The translations under genes and the position numbers were made by a program. Positions 27,489 to 41,689 of a stretch of DNA of 64,000 nucleotides are shown piece after piece (the stretch's first letter is position 1; the number at the start of each line of letters is the position of its first letter). The DNA comes from Balanoglossus misakiensis (taxonomy: Eukaryota; Animalia; Hemichordata), in contig CM082578.2 of NCBI GenBank assembly GCA_040954595.2, positions 10,919,166-10,983,165 of the forward strand. The letters run 5' to 3'. The notes under the pieces were generated by a model that searched no databases, was not told where the DNA came from, and saw only the letters and a list, made by a program, of their open reading frames with translations.

Positions 27489-30400
27489 TATCATTCAAGT
27501 GGAGTATCTCAATCTTGCCTTTTTCCAATCATCAGCGTAATTAATCACATGACTGCCCCGGCGACCCCCCCCAAAAAAAATAATACCTGAAGATTTCAGT
27601 GCATTTATAATTTAGCGGAGAAAATGATGAAGTTACGTTCGTATCACGTCTTCAGTGGGGACAGCAGTATTGACTGTACAGCCTGTAAATCTGATCCAAT
27701 GTCAATGTCAGAAAACAAGACGAGAACAGACATGATACAGTTGTCCTTACAGAAAGCACGGTCGTTAGGGAAACCGACCCAATTACGAGGTCTCGGCGAA
27801 GTAGGATCGTGGAAGGAATTCTTTCCCGTAAATGCGCAACATTGATCGATGATGTTGAGCTATTGAGACTTGCATCAACAATGCGTTTACAATGTAATGG
27901 AGGAGACCGCATGTGTTGTGGCGCGATTAGAAGCCCCGCCAGAATATCAATCAAAGAGGATGATTTGATTGCCATTTTAGCTCAGTTGTACAAATGTTAA
28001 AAAAATGAAGAAAGAAATGACAAAAATCTAGTATTACATTCTAGGTATAACCGGATGTAAGGTTTATCGTAGATAAGTAGACTAAATGAGAGATCTAGGG
28101 GATTCTCGTGCGACCTTCGACAATTTTTAACAGTACATGTACTTCATTAGCCACCCATCAAATCCCTAGCACTTGACAAGAGTGCAGAATGCTATTTTCC
28201 GAGGATAGATACGACTGTCCATCCACTCATCCCAGCACACCTGTGTCCCAATAGGAATACGCACACCTACATCTTCCAGAACCCTTTCATGAATAAAACA
28301 TATCGTCGATGTTTAATCATTCGTATACTAGTTTGTTTTGGGAAAGACGCCGAGTCTGGCTAAGTATTAAACATGCACTTGCCTTCTGACAGAATCAGCA
28401 GAATATATGCAAAAGATGGAATTAAGTGCCGATTACTTCAGGGGTGTTCTGTAAAAGTACATCGCCTTGATGATATTTTCGACAATATATGTCACATTTG
28501 TGCTCGGCAGATTTCAAAGCAGTCCGTCAGAAAGCCACCGCCTGCGTCAACAGCTCACGATGTATTCAGACCCGACTCGTCAAATTTACAATTTGTCAGA
28601 AAAATGTAGGAAACCTGGAAATTGGTTAAAAGACTACGCCTACGATTTTTTTGCCCACGGGGCGTGATGATCGATCCCACAGGTTGTGCAATGGCCAGGA
28701 AAAGAAAGTCCCCTCAAGGTCAGGCAAGATCACACTGCAATATGCCCCTGTGCCGTCGGGAGGATATTAACGACGAAATCTATCAAAGGATTACAATCGA
28801 AAGTACTTTACCGTTGCGTGGTTAAAATGCGTAGCTGGGTATTCGAATGGTCATATGGAAAACATCGATAGGCTACTGGTTTCCGCTTCCCACGGTACCC
28901 GCGGGTAAATTCGAATATGGAGGCGGTATACCATTCAACGAAGCCGGTGGCTTGTAAAACATCAATTATATTGGGCAGTGATCTTTTCATCGAAAAAAAC
29001 ATCTCTTCCAGATACGCCTCATTAGCAACCTCTCTTTGTGCAATGCATTCACTTGCACAAGGAAGTATTTGATGTCATGGAAGAGCTGTACGTGATATGT
29101 TACTTAGTAAGGTTACTCGCTTCGAAAATCTTCGGCGGCCTAGTATACGCACCTCGGATCAGAGAGTATGTTACTCATGCACCTTAGTTTGAATTCGCGT
29201 CACTTCCGAACGCATCGATGTCATGTAATTGATTCGTCTTATCCAGATTTCGGATACTGCATCCAATGAAACTGCTGAACTAATTATTATAATAGGTGTA
29301 AAATGTAGATAATTTTATCGGCGATAAAATGTGCTCTGTCGGTATAGTAGTAATTAAGTTAACTGTTACGTAAATGCGCCAAATAAATTCGCATTATATA
29401 AGATACCGACTGACTTGCAAATTATTGGAATAACATTGAACTTGTTGGCCAGATGAAACTCTGTGGTGGGCCAGAGGTATTTTTGCTATCAGCTGTGGGG
29501 TGGGGGAGCAGGTAGATATAAAAAAAAGACTTTTCTCACCCATCGTTGTGAGGACTTCTGCCAAGTCACGGCCGACATCCTTATTGTAAAACCGGTCAAT
29601 ATTGAAGATATAGATTACTGAAATCAATGTAATCCATTAAACGACCACTTAACATAAAATAAATATTTATTTGATTTTTACGTGTTTTAAATTTATAAAT
29701 ATATAATTTACATATTCACATTAAACTTACAAAGTAAATGCTTATCACGCTGTTGACCACGGTTCGTTGTTAAAACACGTTTCTTCGATTGGATGTTGAA
29801 CTTTTCATTTTCAGTTGCTGGACTAAGACCCGAAGTTGATCTTTTCCTAGTATCGTGTCGGAACCTAGAAGAAACAATGCATAGTTACGTAATCAGACAC
29901 GTGATTAAAGGCCGAGCGGTCCGTACCAGTAATCTGAAATGACCAAAATGTCAGGTCAATGATATTGTCTACCTATGAGACCCATTGATCCATCTGTCTT
30001 TCAATCATGGTACCGTAATCAATCCCCGTTTTAAACTAGCGATGGGAGTTGAAGGCGCACGTGGGTGAACTGTGGAGGCGGAGGAAGACTCTTGTTCAAT
30101 TAAGACCTGAATCATCTCAATTACTTCTCTTGTAAAAAAACACCTAGAGACATAAACCCAAACTCTTTGTTCACGAAACCGCAGACTTGCGACCTCATCA
30201 AGATCAGAAATGACAAGAGAATCATATTACAATCGGCGTGGCGCTGATCTCTCAGAAGTGGCAACGTCAACGAGACGCTATAGAGTACATTATACAAATG
30301 GCCATTCCTGTTATCTAGAGGAAATGGCATTTTCTTGCGAAGCAGCACGTATACAAACGCCACCGGGATTCTCAAGATTGATGCTTCAGAAATGCCCGGG

Positions 30401-31008
30401 GGGAGTGGCCATGGGTGGCCGACAAGTCTCTGAAGTGTTGCCCAGCATGTATCTAATATATACACAAGGCGCTGATATATCAATTGGTTTGACCTCAGAA
30501 CACGACTTACTCACCATAGATGCGAGACAAGATGGATTTCAAGAATCTGTTGCTGTTCCTCGATGATCCGATGTGTGTGTTCCGACTGTTATAAGCTGGA
30601 AGAACATTCAACAATAAAAACACCCGAAGAGATTTTTTATGTTAATAATTCAACCGATCAACACCAAAAAACATTAGCAGATTTTACTTCAGAACCAAAG
30701 AGCTATTTTCCCATTATTTTCTGACACGACAGGTCCATTTTTGTCTTGTCATTATAGAGTATCTCATTGGTCAACAGAGACCAGTGCGACAATACATGCA
30801 AGGAAGACGGCGACAGTTTTGTTGTTCAACCAACAACGGGCTGCTGCATTGAACAACCTGTGTGGTGTGGCGATACACCATTCACTATTTTCTCAGAACA
30901 GAAAAAACGGCTTCTCATCGGTTGTATTGATAGTGGTCTAGTCGATTCCAACTTAGTCTCCACGTGCAAGTTACGGTTACAGCCTACATGGGTCCTGTGT
31001 TCCTGACG

Positions 31009-34000
31009 TCACTCTAGGTGTTCTGTAGAACATTCAGAGTAAATGTGGACACAGAAGAACACAAGTTTCTGTATCTGCACACACTTTCCAATGACGCATT
31101 TTATACATACCATCTCGTTGTTCTTCAACTGGCATAACTGCAACCGTGTTCGGGTTTGTTACAACATAGTCCAACAAATCTTGAAGGAAAACGAAACGGT
31201 GGTGAGACGGAAGCTTCGTGGAATGACCAATTTTTCGGGGGCTTTCAATTGAGATAAACAGCCCACGGAAAACATCCGCGTGGATGAATTATAATTTTAC
31301 GCATAAGGGATGCTTACTTTCTTCGCAAAAATCGCCTAAGTAGGGCATGCTGCATTCACATCGATACGTCGTGTCGACTCCCTCGTGACACGTGACACAA
31401 ACGCCTCCATTGGCACACTGACCGCTGCAGTTACTCCCTGCGCAAAAAGATAAGTTGACAACGGTCATGTAGGAACCCATTGCTTTTGCGATCAGATCAG
31501 ACTTCGCACTCATGTAAACAAAAGTTAATTAAATATGCACATGTGCAGTTTGTCCATAAACTGCTAAGAGTTTCTAAATACCCTTCTGACAATGAGGTCC
31601 CGTGTGTGAAGGTGGACAGAGACAGGAAGCGAAACCCGAATAGGAGTCTGGCAAGCATGTTCCTCCGTTGTGACAATCCGATGACGAAGCACAACTTGTT
31701 TCTGTCGATATGAAAAAGTGAAGAAACGTAAGGCTACGGCGAAAGGTTGGTGCAATAACAGTTGCAGTATTAAAAATTATTGGACGAATGACACGCGAAT
31801 ATCATCGTCGGTTGTTCTATGCAGTGCACCATTCTTCGGATGTGTCACTGCATACTATATGTATATATTGTGTTCTCGTATATATTGTGTCGCGTTTGGA
31901 GAATACTGTTACAGTAACAAGAGCCACCCTTCAGCTATAACTTACCAATTTCACACCTGTGTCCAGTGAAGGACGGCGGGCACAAGCAGTAAGTCACGTC
32001 AAACTGCGAGTCGTGGTAGCATATACCGTCGTTCATGCAGGGACAGTCCTCCATTTCGGGCAAGGCTCTCACATCTAATACAGGTGGATGGGAAAAGATT
32101 CCATTTGACGTGAAAGTGAAAGTACACTCAAAATGGGGGAGGGAGGGGGGGGGGGGGTTAATGCACACCTGCAGACCACGTGGTCGATACTGTACTACAC
32201 GGTGTCCATTCACAATCGTGACGGCTCTTCCCATAACGTGACGTCATCGAGCAGGCATGTCTCTCAGAGAAGAATCAAAATCTGTCCCGATTTTTATGAT
32301 TCGCCCCAAAATTGTTGGCTAAGTTTACTGTGTAATTTTCAAAATTCCCTACATTTTGGATGGCCATTCTCGTCGTGAACGTTCCACATGTATATGCATG
32401 TATGCAAGGCTAGACAATTTTCGCAGACGTGGCCTATTAAATTATTCACTTAGAACGACGTCAATGCAATATTATATCGAGTTTGCATTGACGTCACTGC
32501 GGAACGCACTGACGCCATCATAAATTTGAATCGTCTGACGTCTACAAGATTTAGGGCATTTCATCCAGGGAAAAGGCAGAGGTAAAAAATCGTAAAACGA
32601 GAAATGAGTCACGGGCAATATCACAAAACGAGGTCAGTCAGTGTACAAGAAGAAACATTTAACTTGGTTGGCAGTTACACTAAAATATCTGAATTTGTAC
32701 CGTCGACGGTAAATACACACAATGTTACAGCAAAGATGTAGCGGATGTCCTTGAAATCAGCGTTTCTGCAATGAGTGACTTGTTTAAGTCGGACTTCCGG
32801 TTAATGTAATTAACAACCGTGGTAACTAGTCGTCAATGTTGTCAAGCGAAAGAAACTATGAAATATATCCCCCGTATGTACTGTACATGTACATAACCTA
32901 TAATTTCCGTATATCAGGGATGCATACTTTTTGAGGATTTATGACTTCGATAATTGACCGAAAATCACTATTCCCTAAAGGGACTGTTGCATTTTCAAGT
33001 CTCGGATTGCTTTGCACTATTCTCACCGATTTCGCAGTACGCTCCGTCGAATCCGAAATCACATTCGCACCGCTGGAAGTCGACGCCTGCGGAGAAGCTG
33101 GTCTCCGTCACGCACTTGCCGTTATCGCTGCAGTCATTTTGACATCCATCCAACTCTGACGCAGGGAAGGAGAAAATATATGAGGTCATATAACATCAAT
33201 TTTTCTTTCCATCACAAAGAAACTCGATCTACCTATGTATATACGTCAACAGTTTGCTCTGAAATCACCTAGAAAATAACTTATAAATAGCGGTATCACA
33301 ACCACCAGATTTGGCCCAAGGTCGATATGTAAACTATACAGCTATAGGTTTTCCTCTTACTTAATTTGGCGAAGTCAATTTCCAATTTCTATAACCTTTA
33401 CCTTCTTCACAGTGGTCGCCGTAGTAACCATCGTAGCAGAAACACGTGTGTTCAGGTCCCACTCCGAATTGGTGAAGTTGACTCCGGACGCAGGTGCCGT
33501 GTCCGGTGCAGTCCGCATCGTCGCAACCGGGATACACGTCAATCAAATCTATTAACAAATATTATAGACGTGAGAGAAAGCGATAAAAGAAATTTCAGTT
33601 AGATATCAAGATCGCCATGCAGTAAGGCAGATAACCATCTAGTATGCCACACAATTCTTTCAGTTATCCCGAGGTCTGGAAAAACAAGTTGTGAGCGTAT
33701 ATATGTAAAAGTCTGGTGTTCAAAGCAGAAAGTCCTAATCCACCACAATATATATAATAAATGACGGACATAACCTTCTCCGTATTCAACATTTTGCTCT
33801 GCCATTTTTCATGATGACCATATTAAACTATGAGGTATAAGCAGCTTACATGTTGGATGACCGCTAATCTCAAAACATTGCGCAATGGCGACAAGTTACA
33901 GTCGACGGTCCAGATGAAATAGAACACATCTTTTGTCCTCACCTGTTTCACAGTGTTGACCCACATGCCAGGGGAAATTGCAGTGGCACTGCGGCCCATG

Positions 34001-37000
34001 GTCGCAGCAGGTGTTGTTATAGCATGTCCCATCGTTGCAACCGCCGCAAATCTCTTCTTCCAGTTCAAGGGTATCGCAAGGAAATTCGCCGGTGTCTGAG
34101 GTATATTGTATACAAGAAGACTAACTTCAATGGTCCCTTGCAGATAAATTTTGCTATCGTATATATATATATGTATAGGCTCGTCTCGTCACATCAATAA
34201 AAAGTGTAGGTTCAAGGCAAGTGCCTCTTTCAGCAAAAAAATCACAAAGGAGTGCTCGTGCAATAACCATGAAAAAAGTGGCGGAATTGGTAGTCGGCCA
34301 TGACTTTGAAAATTGGGTTGGTATACATTTTAACAAACACAAGAGGCAATAAAATTGTGTTACCAGTGTACTGATATTGGCAGTGGCTTCCATAGTACTT
34401 GGTCGGATCACACAGACAGGTAGAGTAGGTATCTGCAGACTGTTCATCCACTGTGTATTCGTAGCACGATCCACCATTCAAACAGTCGTTGCCCTCGTGA
34501 CACGCCAGATCTTCGAATAGAAGTATTTTCATCAGCGTTTTAGATTTGCATTGTCGATGTCAATATTTTGCACAAGCACATTTCACACCAAAAAATCTTT
34601 ACAGGGAAAGCAATTGATCGATAGTTTTGCCCTACTGGGTCTCTGCTTTTAAGACCTAATACTAGAAATTGATGGTACTCACCCTCCTGACACTTGTCGC
34701 CCGTATACCTGTACCAGTCACACTGGCAGTACGAATAATACACCTCGCCGAACTGATCCTCCATGGTTTCGCAAGTGCCGCCATTCAAACAGGGGTCTCC
34801 CAGGTGACACATTAACTCTGTTGGTGGAGGGGGTACACTATTAATTTTGTTAATATCAGCTGCACTATTGACATTACCAAAGTCTGCATACTTGTATACT
34901 GCATCTTAAACGCTACTGAGTTACCACGACTGTTGTGTACTCTTGCAAAGGAGATTGAATGAACGTGTGCGGCCACAGTCGAGTCAGAGGTTAATTATAC
35001 GCTTGCGTCTCCCCATAAGTGAGCTCTATGTTTAAATATGTACCACTCACCGGAAAAGTCATAGCTGTCATTCGAATCGTCGTCATATATTTCGCACTTG
35101 TCTCCTGAATAACCACTGTCACACACGCATTCTTGGAAGAAATTGCAGTAACCATTCTCACAGTAGCAATCTGAGCAAAGAGACGATGGTACAACATTTG
35201 ATACAGAAAAAAGGGGTGACTGGTCCATACACGCCAGGTGTTTCGCGTCGATTGGTTGGACAGATTGCCATTAAAAATAGCAAAACAATAACAACCCCGT
35301 GAAATTGGAGAATAAACTCACCCGACTCGAACTCGCAGTGGTCCCCATAGTGGCCGATATCGCACTTGCAGTAAGTGTACGAGTCGCTGACTAGGTCTAA
35401 ATCCAGCGAGGAACAAGTCCCAAGATAGTTGCAGTCCTCGTCCGTATCGCACCCATAATCTGAAATTATCCAAAACATAAAAACTTGCATTGCTTGAATT
35501 CTGAGTATAGTTGATTGTGATCCGAGTCCAGTCGCACGTTTCTTCATCACATGGCAATCTTTAACAGATTTCATTTTTTCCTCTAACCAGACGAGTATAC
35601 TAGTATATGTTACCAATTTCACAGTGGGTGCCATAGTACCGATACCAGTCACAGGTGCAATAGGAATAGTCGCTGGTGATCTGCTCGCATGTCCCTCCAT
35701 TCAAACAAGGTTTATCCAGGTGGCAATAATATTCTAAAGGGAAATCGAAATCGAAAGAGAGAGTGAGAGACACACACGGAGAGAGAGAAAAAAACCCGCG
35801 TTGATTTAATTTTACTGAACTTACTGACTAATCAACACAGTTGTGACCATGTAATAGTTGAACCTTTTACGCGACTATTTTCCTAGGGAAATATTCTATC
35901 ACGTGACACATTCTGGCCAATCATGGCAAAGCATGCCGTTTTGTCACTCGCACACCATTCTCTGCTGTGAAGCAAACGTACCGGAAAAGTCAAATTTCGG
36001 CGAAGTTGTCGTTCCAACCGAACCTGCATATTGGCAGTGGTCGCCATGGTACCCTTCATAACAGGCGCAGTGCCCGGTCTCGTCGCAAAGTCCCTGCTGA
36101 CAAGTTGAACTACATTCCGGCGCCACCCTTGGTATTGGTGGTGCTGTGGTGTCGACGATATATTGACAGTGGTCACCATAGTACAACAGGCGATTGCACG
36201 CGCAGAATGAATACTTAGCCTCGTTCAAGACGAATTCTTTGCAGATTCCTCCATTTTTACACGGGTTGTCGTCTCCGCATCCTAAATCTAGAAAGTAAAC
36301 CAATATCTTGTATATTAAGATAAGTTGTTGGGATGCGTATTTTAAACGTTACCAATCGGATTGGTATCATAATTATAGCCGATGTACAGAACGTAGGATT
36401 TGAAAGTTGACATTGCTCTCTTTGCCATTATTGCAGAAGTATGTTTTGTGCGCTCCACCTTTGAATTTGGTTGATTTCAAGTTGTAGTAAAGAGACTATA
36501 CTGATCTCCTATCATTACTCACGGTGCACCAATTCGAGCCAACTTGTTCAGGCGCCCCAGTAGAAGAAACCAATCTTACCTGGCAAGGTGTAATATTGAC
36601 ATAGATCACCATGGAAACCATCAAAACACTCGCATAAACCAAGCTCAACATCACAAACGCCTTTGATACAACCACCGCAGGGGTCCTCGTCACCTGTCTG
36701 GCCGACCTCGTCAACTAAATAAATGGCAAGACAAAAATTTACAGTTTTAGATTCTTAATATGCGGGCCGCTCAATAATATTCCTCTCTAGCCTATGATTG
36801 CTTCTGTGTTCCTCTCGTCATATCACGTGACTGCCGACGGGTCGATTGGCAAAGCAGTCTTTAGTATAAACGATGTACATGTACGTGTTGCGTTTATGAC
36901 ACACCACATATGGAAGAAATCCAACAAAAGAACGGGGCATGATTTCAGGAGCTGTGTCACGAACCAGCGTGTACGACAGCAAAACTGTTGGACTTAGCTG

Positions 37001-38786
37001 CAATAATTGTAGCCCAATGGCCGTGCGGTGCCTTCTTCGCTTTATTGGCTGTTGTCAAACAAACGCAACGGCAACAAATAGCAACGAATCCACCACACGG
37101 CCACCGGGCTATATTTGTTGCAGCTGCCAATGTCCTACTAATTAATACGCAAATAATTCACCAGGTGTCATACAGACAACAACATGCAAAATACCAGAGG
37201 CCGTCTCTCGGAAAGGAATCTAAACCCAGACCAATACCTTTATATTCGCAGTGCTGGCCATAGTACGGATGTTGGCATTCGCAGAAATAAAACGCTTCTA
37301 GCCAATCAGGCTGGCGACATGTGCCAACGTCGTTACACCCACCACACAAATCAGGCAACACCTCTGGAAAGATAAATACCCATCATGCTAACAGTTGTCA
37401 CATCTGAACTTGGTGAACCAAAAAGCCGGCAGGTTTCTTATATTGACCAGTTTGCTTTTAACTTTCAGCCGTAATAACGAATTTCTTACTATGTATGCAT
37501 CGCCCATCGCTACGTTTATGTACGTAGGTTTCTTATGTTTGTCTTCTGGTATCTGTTCATTTCCTACCTTTACACTTCTTGGCGATTGTACGCAAAGCCT
37601 CACTCCGTTGTTGCAGGTCTTTCAGTGTCGGTGTTTCGGGTGCGCGGCTGAGATGTCCCTGGCCACTTCGCGTGTCCATCGACTGTACATCTCCGCCCGG
37701 TGGCTCTGCTATGTACATGTGTAATTTAAAATGAAAAAATGTCAAGTCAAGAGTCATAGCCAATAACTTTCTAAGCTTACAAACTTGTGATGAACATTTA
37801 TACATGTTCTTCGATGACCCAAACATTAATATTTTGTCACGTCTGTTGAATGAAGAAAACCAGACTATAAATGGCACCCTCACCCGCTTGGAACTATGAA
37901 CTTTCGTATAGACACGCGTACGTTTTTGTAAGAAATTCTATTCCCGATCAAGAGCCACCGTTGGCAGGGAATATTTTTTTCGCGCGCCTTGCATATCCTC
38001 ATCACGATGAACATAAAATGAAAGCAGTAATACAATTTGGGTTGCACATAGGATTATGTCATTTTTCACAAAGCGCATGTACGTATTCATCATCCAGCTG
38101 CAATACGTTACTGTGGACGAACCATACCGTTTCCCTTCCCGTCGGCGTGTCCATTTGTTAATCCAGATACCTCTTCAGCCTGTTCCAACAAATTGAGGAG
38201 CTTGTTGCCCTCTCCGTGATTTTCCGTGTTCTCGATATTCGCGTCACCGTCTCCCCCGGCTGCAACTCTCATCTCAAAGTTACCCGCCACCATTTCCAGG
38301 TTCCTAAGTTCATTCTCGTAAACAGAACGTGTCGGAGCCAGGTCCCCATTTTCCACTGATCCACGACCCGCAGGGGCGTAGTTTTTCTCGGTCTGTGTGT
38401 AAAAATTAACGATAGACATCCAAGAATCTCATGGTATAGTTTCTGCTATGCAGGTGACGTGTATATGCCAAGGTGCAGAATTAAAAAGAAACCACTCGGG
38501 GTGAAATTGAGCGATATTTTACAGAAGCTATGGAAATATCGAAATTGTCACACGGCGGGCGCGACCTAACCGTAATGTGGTTGGTGGTTATTGTCGTAAG
38601 CATTCAAACCCAGCTACCAGGTGAGAATGGCGGCCAAACTAGAGTGCCATTTCAAAATTTAGAAAAAAAATATTGGATACTACTACCTACCCTTATTATT
38701 TTGCTTTTCCAAGAGGAAAAAGCGGCAACACAAAACGACAGAAACAAAACCACGAAAAGACACGTCACTGCCACCGGTAGTTTCAT
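31009..38786 (-). CDS. Predicted secreted multi-EGF-repeat protein (about 806 aa, 17 coding exons, 14 EGF-like domains, no transmembrane segment found)
   Basis: Hand-assembled GT-AG exons: 38786-38691 (signal MKLPVAVTCLFVVLFLSFCVAA), 38392-38128, 37708-37568, 37363-37238, 36714-36580, 36287-35982 (2 EGF), 35733-35614, 35459-35322, 35170-35051, 34817-34683, 34510-34364, 34095-33943, 33548-33402, 33155-33027, 32074-31946, 31437-31318, 31022-31009 (KHLE-stop). All EGF exons are phase 1-1 with C..C...G.C....C.C...(Y/F)xGxxC. The exon 6 donor and the last exon are the least certain. Confidence 0.82.
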
Positions 38787-39134
38787 GGCAGTCCTCCTGA
38801 AGTAACGGATGTACATGTATTGTTGAATTTGATGCAAGCTCTCTGGTGACCGGCGTGGCCGCATAAGAGGTGTAGTGATGACTACTCGGTCTAGTGACTG
38901 CCAGCGCACACTTGGTCGGCGTTGTGCTGAGATGACGGGTCCTGATTGGTCCCTGCATTGACCGTTAGCAGGGTGCCACCCAATTGTGAAGACTCTCCCA
39001 CAGCACGGAGAGGTTGTCAGCAGGTGGACAGACATGTGACGTCATCGCTCTCATGATCCCCACGTGTATCAGACATCCTCTACTCATTCAGAAAAGCAAC
39101 AACAGCAGGGAATTAAAAGCAAAGTTTAACACAC

Positions 39135-39140
39135 TTTATT
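39135..39140 (-). terminator. Candidate distal polyadenylation signal (AATAAA) of the mitochondrial carrier gene
   Basis: tttatt on the plus strand at the end of an AT-rich, CpG-poor 2.5 kb stretch after the stop, with T/G-rich sequence downstream on the minus strand. Other AATAAA candidates lie upstream. Confidence 0.4.
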
Positions 39141-41689
39141 GCCTTCAGTCAAGTGTATGACATTATATGAAAATACGGATTAAATAAATCCCCACTTTGA
39201 TGGTTCTTCACACTGTACAGAAAAACACATTTCTGACTCCCATCTGATTGGGCAACATCAACCCACACACGTCAAAAGACCAAATTATTCATTGACCATC
39301 AAAAACAGACCATTTATATTAAAACAATATACACATTAACGTCTATTTCCGGTAATGGTTAGCTGAAGGAAAATCTACCGGTATATCTAGGGAACTGGGA
39401 CTATTAGAGTTTATTTAGTAAAAGTTGTGAACCTGACATATAATTGGTACAGCAGAGAACTGTTTAAAACAGTCATTTGTACATATCTTATCTATTCTTT
39501 TTGTTTGTTTCTGCTCTGAATTATTTAGCCATTTTTAATTTTTCACAACCGAATTGAGGCAAAATTCACGTTAGTGTCACTTAGTGTTGTCTGGTTCATT
39601 GCTGACCATGGCGTGGCTCACGAGATGAACACCGCCACTTACAGGAGGTAAGATATTAGGGTCTTAAGGATCCCTACATACCACTAATGATGATTATGAT
39701 GATTTAGTTGATAGTAAATGATTTCTGAATTTATTTTACCCTAAGAACAGACCCCAGAGACCCCTCTGATAAAAGAAAAAACATGTACACACAAAGTTCC
39801 CTCAATGACATGTTTTATACAAGTATACAGAAAAGTTACAGATTTGAACCGATGGCACACGTTTTTTTTCAATCACAGGCCCTAACTTTTGTTCCTTTTT
39901 ATTTGTCCAAGGCCACGCCGATCCTGTGAAACGAGTTCAGGCAAGGGTCTGCCAGTGTGTCACACAGATCGCTATCCCATGGTTGCTCAAGACATACTAA
40001 AATGAAATAAATATATTTTACAACACTCACAGGATAAAAAGGATATGAAAGTTAAAGTTCAGCAAGAAATATGGATATTCTGTCTAACATTTACATGTAC
40101 AATGTACTGTGTAGGCATATGCAATGATTCACGTTTTTCTTCGTTAGAGCGCCCTCTGCTGGCAGAACATGCAGAAAAATCCATAGCAACCACATGATTA
40201 CGACATTCTGTGTCATTCTTCATTTCTAATGAAAAGTATTTTTGCACAATAATTTTCACTCACATAATTAAAGTCTTTAAGGGTATTGGTCACGTTGCAA
40301 AAAAATGAAATTTCTTATTTTGCTAATGGCCTTACCATAAAAGCATCACAAAAAGAGAAATTCTTTGAGCATGGATTAGTCTCATCAAATTGAGAAGAAT
40401 GTTTAATTTTACTGACCAGGACTATCCCAATGCTAGTCCATGTGAGTAAATTTGGCACCGAATTTTTACCCCGATTAGCATACAAGTACATGAAACCATA
40501 GCACAATTTGCAATGCAAAATTACAAGTAAGTCCAAGTGGAAGTATCCAATCCAGAAAGTACCGCTACATCATTTTGACTAATCTTTCACCTCTTATAGC
40601 AGTGGTTTAGTCCATTTCCCTTCATCAAATAGCTACATAGGGGCGGCGAAGCCGAATGAAAAATGTTCACTCGTAATAAGCAGATACTCCCAAGATGCAA
40701 ACTGAAGAAGGGGCAAAAGCAGTTGGCAGCACAAGATGCTTTCTCAATATTCACATGGCAAACTAAATTCCGGAATCGCCCAATTTAACCACAGGTGAAT
40801 TCATACGACCGGAAATACATGAATATTCTTAATAATCCTACCAGCATATTTGTTACTATATTATTAATATATTACTCTCTTTTATCCAATTATATTTTGT
40901 ACATTTAAATTCTGAATTAAATTCAGGAATTACATTTTACAGCTTATTCTATTGTTTAATAAAAGAGCATTTTGTTTTGTTTTTTTAAAATGGAGGAGTG
41001 GCTGAACATTCCTTGTAAATAGCAAGGTACTCGTAACTGGACGTCCTAAAATCTGCGTAGAAAGAAACCACAGATGACAGAAAAAGAACCCCAGAATGTG
41101 GTCTTTGACTACAGAATATTTACATCTATGCTGCAACATTCTAAGTTCTGTTTGTGCGTTCTGATTTAAGCTCGCGTTTGGATATACCGGTGCCATGGTA
41201 TTAGTTTAAAACAGCATTTCCTAGCGATGTATCTTTGGATTTTCTGGTTGTGTTTTGGTCTCTGGATGTTACTGGTGAAAGGTTATCATTTTTTAAGAGT
41301 TAAAGGGACACTTCTTTGTAACTTTGGCCATTATTTCAGGTTTTTTTGGGTCAAATTTGTGAATCAACCCCAGGTTTTATGTATTCTCACACACACACAC
41401 ACACACACACACCCTCCCTACCCCCAATTCTTGTAATATTATTCTACGTAGTAAAAAGGCTATCATTACATATTCAATAAACAGTCTGGAATTAATTGAA
41501 GACATCATGCCACACTGGAACACCGAGTTAGTTAACAGTCGTCTGCATCATATCTGCATCATTAACAAAATTGTTAATTGCTGAAAAAAATACTTTGAAA
41601 TAACCCCAAAACAACAGAATAGAAATATCATACAACAGACAATTGAAATGAAAGCAATGAAAAAAAAGATTAAAAAATGCAAAATATTC

